The notes below the pieces were generated by a model. That model saw only the letters and a list, made by a program, of their open reading frames with translations. It had not been told where the DNA came from and did no database searches. The position numbers were made by a program, and so were the translations under genes. From an uncultured Actinomycetes bacterium (GTDB lineage Bacteria; Actinomycetota; Thermoleophilia; Solirubrobacterales; 70-9): 64,000 nt of DNA. Of the stretch, positions 56,934 through 64,000 are shown piece after piece; position 1 is the first letter of the stretch, and every line of letters starts with the position of its first letter. The stretch lies in contig CAVUXC010000014.1 in the NCBI GenBank assembly GCA_963745365.1, positions 46,247-110,246 on the forward strand, in the 5' to 3' direction.

Positions 56934-58838
56934 TCAGGCGATCAACGAGCGCGCCCCGGCGGCCCGCACGGCAGCTGAGAGAGTCTCAACGTCGTAGGCG
57001 CCGTCGTGCCGGCGCTCGTTGATGAAAAAGGTGGGCGTGCCGGTCACCCCGCTGCGGTCGGCCGAGTCGACGTCCTCCTCCACCCGCGAAGCTCCCGCCT
57101 GCTCGCTGAGATCGTCCCGGAACCGCTCGAGGTCGAGGCCAAGTTGCTCGGCGTAGGCCAGCAGGTCGCGCGGTTGCAGATCGCCCTGGTGGTCGAGCAG
57201 AAGGTCGTGCATCTCCCAGAAGGCGTCCTGGTTGGCCGCCGCCTCCGCCGCCTCCGCCGCCAGCTGGGCGTTCGGGTGGACGTCCGAAAGAGGCAGGTGG
57301 CGCCAGACGTAGCGGACGTCTGCGAAGTCGGTGAGCAGCTCGCGGACAACCGGCTCGGCTCGGCCGCAGTAGGGGCATTCGAAGTCGCCGTACTCAACGA
57401 CCGTGACCGCCGCCTCGCTGGGGCCGCGGATGTGGTCTCGCTCGGGATCGACGGGCACAGCGAGGTCCACCAGCGTCTGCGATGCGCCGAACAGGGCGCG
57501 AATCCGCGCCCGTCGGGGGAGCATGGCCGTGGCGCGAAGGACGAGCCAGGTCAGCAGGGCCGCGCAGGCCGCTGCGTTGAGCACGCCGAGCTTTGCCTCC
57601 TCGAGCTCCGGGCCATCGAAGGCGAGGGTCGCGATCAGCAGCGAGACCGTGAACCCGATGCCGGCGATCGCGCCACCTCCGGCGACGGCAGCCCAGCCGA
57701 CCGGCGGGCGCAGCCGTCCCCGGCTCAGTCTCGTGACCAGCCAGGACATGCCGGAGATCCCGATCGGCTTGCCGAGTACGTAGGCGAAGAGGATCCCGAG
57801 GGTGATCGGCGAGGAATAGGCGCGGGAGAGAAAGTCGCCGTTGATCACGATGCCGACATTGGCCAGCGCAAAGAGCGGCACGATCACATAGCTCGTCCAG
57901 GGGTGATAGAGCTGCTGCAGGCGGGCGTTGGGCGAGACCGCTGCCCGCAGCCCCGCCCGCGCAGTCCGGGCGAGCTCGGGAGTCGGCTGCTCACGGAATC
58001 TGCGGAACAGGTCCGTCGCGCGCTCCAGCTCACCGCGCCCCGCCGGGTATGCCCAGGTCATCAGACCCACGGCGAGTCCCAGAACGACGGGATCGACTCC
58101 CGACTCGAACAGCGCCACCCACGTGGCTACGGCAAGCAGGAAGTAGACGAGGCCGTGGCGGATCCGGGCAGCGCGGGCGACGAACACCAGGCTGAAGATG
58201 CCGGCCGCAATCAGCAATGGCGTGAGCGCGACGTCAGAGCTGTAGACGAGGGCGATGACGGCGAGCGCGATCACATCGTCGACGACGACGATCGTGAGCA
58301 GAAATGCTCGCAGCCGATCTGGAAATCGTCGCCCGACCAATGCCAGCATGCCTAGCGCGAAGGCCGTGTCTGTCGACATCGCGACGCCCCATCCGTGGGC
58401 GGAGGAATGACCGCCGTTGATGGCCAGGTAGATCGCGACCGGGACGGCCATGCCACCGAGGGCGGCGAGAACCGGCAACGTCAACCGGCGCCGCTCGCGC
58501 AGCTCTCCGATGTCGAACTCGCGCCGCACCTCGAGCCCGACGACCAAAAAGAAGAATGTCATCAGGCCGCTGTTGACCCAATCGCGCAGGCTCTGGGAGA
58601 TCCCCGAGTCGCCAATCCTGATCGAGAGGCGCGTCTCCCAGATGTCCCGGTAGGAGGAGAAGTCGATGTTGGCCCAGGCCAGCGCCGCCAGGGCCGCGCC
58701 AAGCAGGACGACGGCGCTGCCGGTTTCGGTGCTCAGAAACTGGCGCAGCGGCGTTTCCAGGCTGCGAGCCCAGGCCGTTCGACCGGTGAGGGTGCTGCGA
58801 ACCCGCGACTGGGTTGGCCGGCGAGGCTCGCCGCTCAC
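56934..58838 (-). CDS. nhaA: Na+/H+ antiporter NhaA fused to a C-terminal DsbA-like thioredoxin-fold domain
   Basis: NhaA motifs WVNSGLMTFFFLVVGLEVRRE and AFALGMLALVG. The C-terminal part reads EYGDFECPYCGRAEP (CxxC) ...GVTGTPTFFIN. The 634-aa frame is intact. Confidence 0.85.
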   Translation of the reverse strand: MSGEPRRPTQSRVRSTLTGRTAWARSLETPLRQFLSTETGSAVVLLGAALAALAWANIDFSSYRDIWETRLSIRIGDSGISQSLRDWVNSGLMTFFFLVVGLEVRREFDIGELRERRRLTLPVLAALGGMAVPVAIYLAINGGHSSAHGWGVAMSTDTAFALGMLALVGRRFPDRLRAFLLTIVVVDDVIALAVIALVYSSDVALTPLLIAAGIFSLVFVARAARIRHGLVYFLLAVATWVALFESGVDPVVLGLAVGLMTWAYPAGRGELERATDLFRRFREQPTPELARTARAGLRAAVSPNARLQQLYHPWTSYVIVPLFALANVGIVINGDFLSRAYSSPITLGILFAYVLGKPIGISGMSWLVTRLSRGRLRPPVGWAAVAGGGAIAGIGFTVSLLIATLAFDGPELEEAKLGVLNAAACAALLTWLVLRATAMLPRRARIRALFGASQTLVDLAVPVDPERDHIRGPSEAAVTVVEYGDFECPYCGRAEPVVRELLTDFADVRYVWRHLPLSDVHPNAQLAAEAAEAAANQDAFWEMHDLLLDHQGDLQPRDLLAYAEQLGLDLERFRDDLSEQAGASRVEEDVDSADRSGVTGTPTFFINERRHDGAYDVETLSAAVRAAGARSLIA

Positions 58839-59126
58839 TAGCCTTCGAGCAACCCGGCCACCGCCGTGGCGAGCCGCTTGCCCTTAGCGGTCAGCCGGTA
58901 CTCGGCGTGCGGCGGGCGACCCGAGACGAGCTGGCGCTTGACGATGCCCGCCGCCTCGAGCTGCTCGAGGCGCTCAGAGAGAGTGGTCGGTGAGACGCCG
59001 GGAAGCGACTGACGGAACTCGTTGAAGCGCGCGGCGCCGCTGGAGCAGGCATAGATCGTGCCCAGCGTCCAGCGCCGCTCCAGCAGGTCCGCAACCGCGC
59101 GGAGCTCGGATGGGACCGGGTCGCAG

Positions 59127-59146
<20 letters not shown>
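58838..59146 (-). CDS. HxlR-family transcriptional regulator
   Basis: LLERRWTLGTIYACSSGAARFNEFRQSLPGVSPTTLSERLEQLEAAGIVKR is typical of HxlR winged-helix proteins. Its stop and the nhaA GTG share 1 nt (TAGTG). Confidence 0.8.
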
Positions 59147-61418
<2,272 letters not shown>

Positions 61419-61519
61419 GGTGATCCAGTTTCTGTAGTTAATCCATAGATAGGATAGCGAGTTAGTCGTTTGGTCCGATGCTCCGGGGTCCATGAGCGAG
61501 CGACGCCCCACTGACCCGG

Positions 61520-63417
61520 CTAGGGGCTAACCGTGGCCTTGGCCTCCTCGCCGGTTTCGATCTCGGACAGCTCGACGCCCGCGACCTCGTAGGCTTCCGG
61601 TTGGTCAAGCGTCTCGCGCTCCAACAGCGCGCGAGCCAGAGCATCGAGCCGCCCGCGCTCACGCTCGAGCAGCTTGATCACTTCGTGCTCGGCTCCGTCG
61701 ACGATTCGCCGGACCTCCTCATCGACGAGCTGCTGGGTCCGGGGCGAGCCCGGTACCGAGCCGGGCAGCAGGGCCCCGTCCTGGCGGCCATCCGTGACGG
61801 CGATCGGGCCGATCGCGTCGCTCATGCCCCACCGGCCTACCATGCCGCGGGCGATCTGCGTCAGGTTCTGGATGTCCGACTCCGCGCCCGTGGTCAGGTC
61901 GCCGAAGACGACCTTCTCCGCCGCCCGGCCGCCGAGCGCCACCTTGATCTTCGCGATCAGATCGTCGCGGGCGTAGTTGAAGCGGTCGGCCTCGGGGGTG
62001 GCGAGGGTGACGCCCAACGCCTGGCCCCGCGGGATGATCGAGATCTTGCGCACCGGGTCGGCGCCGCGGGTGAGCATGCCCACCAGCGCGTGGCCGGATT
62101 CGTGGTAGGCGGTGCGTTCGCGATCCGCGTCGGTCATCACCACCTGGCGCTCGGCGCCGAGGAGGGTCTTCTCGATCGCGTCGGTGAAGTCCCGCTGCTC
62201 CACGGCGGCGTGATCGCGCCGAGCGGCGAAGAGCGCCGCCTCGTTCACGAACAGCGCGATGTCGGCGCCGGTCGCGCCCGGCGTTGAGGCCGCGATGCGG
62301 TCGAGGTCGACGTCGGGCGCCAGTGGCACCGATCGGGTATGGATCTTGAGGATCTCGACGCGGCCCTTGCGGTCGGGGGGGTTGACGGCGATGCGGCGGT
62401 CAAAGCGTCCCGGGCGCAACAGCGCCTGGTCTAGGACCTCGGGGCGGTTCGTCGCGCCCAAGACGATCACATTCGTGCCCGCCTCGAACCCGTCCATCTC
62501 GGTCAGGATCTGGTTGAGCGTCTGCTCGCGCTCGTCGTGGCCGCCGCTGATCCCGCCCACGTTGCCCGAGCGCGAGCGGCCGATCGCGTCCAGCTCGTCG
62601 ATGAAGACGATCGCCGGCGCGGCCTCCTTTGCCTGCTTGAACAGGTCGCGCACGCGCGAGGCGCCCACGCCCACGATCGCCTCGACGAACTCCGAGGCCG
62701 ACATGGAGAAGAAGGCGGCGTCCGCCTCCCCCGCGACCGCGCGGGCCAGCAGCGTCTTGCCGGACCCGGGCGGCCCGTAGAGCAGCGCGCCGCGCGGGAC
62801 CCGCGCGCCGAGCTTCGTGTAGCGCTGCGGGTTCTTCAGGAAGTCCACGACCTCGACGAGCTCGTCCTCGGCCTCCTCGATCCCGGCCACGTCGTCGAAG
62901 GTGACTCGCTCCTGCTCGCCCGGCTTGATGCGGCGCGCGGTGGAGCGGCCGAAGCCGCCGAGCACGCCGCCCCCGCCCGCCCCCGCCTGGCGACGGTATA
63001 GCCAGACGAAGAAACCCACGAGCAGGATCGTCGGGAGGAAGCCGAGCAGGAGCGTGACCCACAGCGACCGGCCCTCGTCCGGCGCCTCGGCGTTGACGAC
63101 GACGTTCTGGTCTGCGAGCAGCCTGGTGAGCTCGGCGGGATCGATGAAGGCGGGAACCTCGGTCTCGAAGCTCGTTACCGTCACCGGCTCGTTGTCGCCT
63201 GGCGGGTCGTAGGTCGCCTCGCTCTTCAGCTCGCCCTCGATTGATTCCTCCTGAGAGCTGATCTCGCTGACGTTGTCGGCCTCGACCTGGTCGACGAAGA
63301 ACGGCTGGTAGGGCACCCGCTCGCGCTCCGCGGGGCCGCGGTGACGAACGAGATCACGAGGTTCACCGCCAGCAGCCCGAGCAGGAACGCGATGAACGTC
63401 CTGCTCCGGGGGATCAT
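61520..63417 (-). CDS. ftsH: ATP-dependent zinc metalloprotease FtsH, frame broken after the first transmembrane helix
   Basis: ATG 63417, [26 protein letters not shown] (TM1, ORF 63226..63417). The frame then switches near the G4/C4 run 63331-63340 to ...[15 protein letters not shown]... of ORF 61520..63541. Motifs [27 protein letters not shown] (HEXXH) and the SRH region are present. Confidence 0.85.
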
Positions 63418-63699
63418 CGGCGGCTTGGACTCGGCGCGGTGCTCCGCGTCCGTCGGGCGCCGGATCCACGCGCCAGCCGGACGGGTCCGGCTTGCGAGGC
63501 GGCGAGCGCTCAGCGGGCGAGTCGGGGGCCAAGTCGCTCACTGTAGCTCGCCCGGTTGGCGAAATTGAACGACGACCGCCTCGGCTCCGGGAAACGGCGC
63601 CGCGCTTCGCTCGACGGCAGCGCGTGTAACACGCTGGTGTGTGAGTTACGCGGCGCCCGAAACCGGTTCCAATGAGACCCGCGACCCCGGGCGGCTACT

Positions 63700-64000
63700 G
63701 TGACGTCCGTGCTCGGCCTACCCGACCCCGTGCGCGCGTGTCTCTTCGACCTCGACGGCGTGCTCACCAAGACCGCGGTCGTCCACGCCATGGCCTGGAA
63801 GCGGATGTTTGATGACTACCTGCGCCGGCGGGTCGCCCGAACCGGGGAGGAGTTCGTCCCCTTCGACTCGGCCGCCGACTACGGCGAGTACGTCGACGGA
63901 AAGCCCCGTTACGACGGCGTGCGCTGATTCCTCGCCGCGCGTGGGGTCGAGCTGCCGGAGGGAGAGGAAGGCGATCCGCCCGACGTCGAGACCGTCCGCG
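63700..64000 (+). CDS. beta-phosphoglucomutase-family HAD hydrolase domain (5' part; continues beyond window) with an in-frame TGA
   Basis: GTG 63700. [28 protein letters not shown]...[12 protein letters not shown], then TGA (63925-63927), then [24 protein letters not shown] in the same frame. This continues the family pattern. Confidence 0.7.

Noticed and set aside
61419-61519. A heat-shock operator (HAIR CTTGAGT-N7-ACTCAAG or CIRCE) upstream of lon.
   Set aside because: The lower-G+C leader (…CTAACTCGCTATCCTATCTATGGATTAACTACAG…) contains -10-like hexamers, but I found no match to either inverted repeat.
63590-63640. A 13-bp palindrome GCGTGTAACACGC in the ftsH / HAD divergent promoter region.
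   Set aside because: It is a single short site with 6-bp arms, has no second copy and matches no known motif. It could arise by chance.

Overview
This is a very high-G+C chromosomal segment of actinobacterial type. The protein families resemble Thermoleophilia/Solirubrobacterales-like Actinomycetota, but the taxon is inference only. I read about 60 protein-coding genes and three tRNAs (Ser-UGA, Ser-GCU, Arg-ACG). I saw no rRNA, CRISPR array, transposase, integrase or prophage genes. In order, the window holds:
- 0-10 kb: GH15 fragment, quinone oxidoreductase, DEAD-box helicase, membrane proteins, and an acyl-CoA dehydrogenase/phosphotransferase pair.
- 9.5-15.3 kb: Rrf2 regulator, PHP esterase and a sirA-cysH-sat-cysC sulfate assimilation operon.
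- 15.4-23.2 kb: dodecin, ornithine cyclodeaminase, acyl-CoA carboxyltransferase, degenerate HD-GYP protein, GT39-like membrane glycosyltransferase and methylmalonyl-CoA mutase large subunit.
- 23.2-30.6 kb: a glycan gene cluster of GT2, Gfo/Idh/MocA oxidoreductase, GT2, sulfotransferase, two GT4 and UDP-glucuronate decarboxylase.
- 30.7-44.9 kb: ECF sigma factor with SnoaL-like genes, cupins, MBL hydrolase, DUF4396, a receiver-like/thioredoxin-reductase fusion, two secreted beta-propeller proteins (one a 903-aa propeller/Ig-like/RTX-like mosaic), an alpha/beta-hydrolase-adenylate cyclase fusion, a GH26-like protein and GNAT.
- 45-64 kb: lactone oxidase, PLP deaminase-like enzyme, L,D-transpeptidase, WS/DGAT, RecQ, two decayed genes, a cNMP-binding/thioredoxin-reductase fusion, NhaA-DsbA fusion, HxlR, Lon, FtsH and the start of a beta-phosphoglucomutase-like HAD gene.
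The most conspicuous property is roughly 25-30 reading-frame breaks in otherwise conserved genes, including essential ftsH. Most that I could resolve are single G/C insertions, and ten of them cluster in 53.8-55.2 kb. Assembly indel error is the most economical explanation and needs a read-level check. The best candidates for biology worth follow-up are:
- a sulfotransferase-containing xylose-type glycan cluster, fed by a PAPS branch (stand-alone CysC beside an Fe-S-type APS reductase);
- an ECF sigma ORF that sits in the same frame as a downstream SnoaL-like ORF, separated by one TGA;
- two sensor-domain/thioredoxin-reductase fusions near an adenylate cyclase;
- a pair of TCAAGC-N4-GCTTGA palindromes.
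Everything rests on manual reading; I ran no searches or computations.
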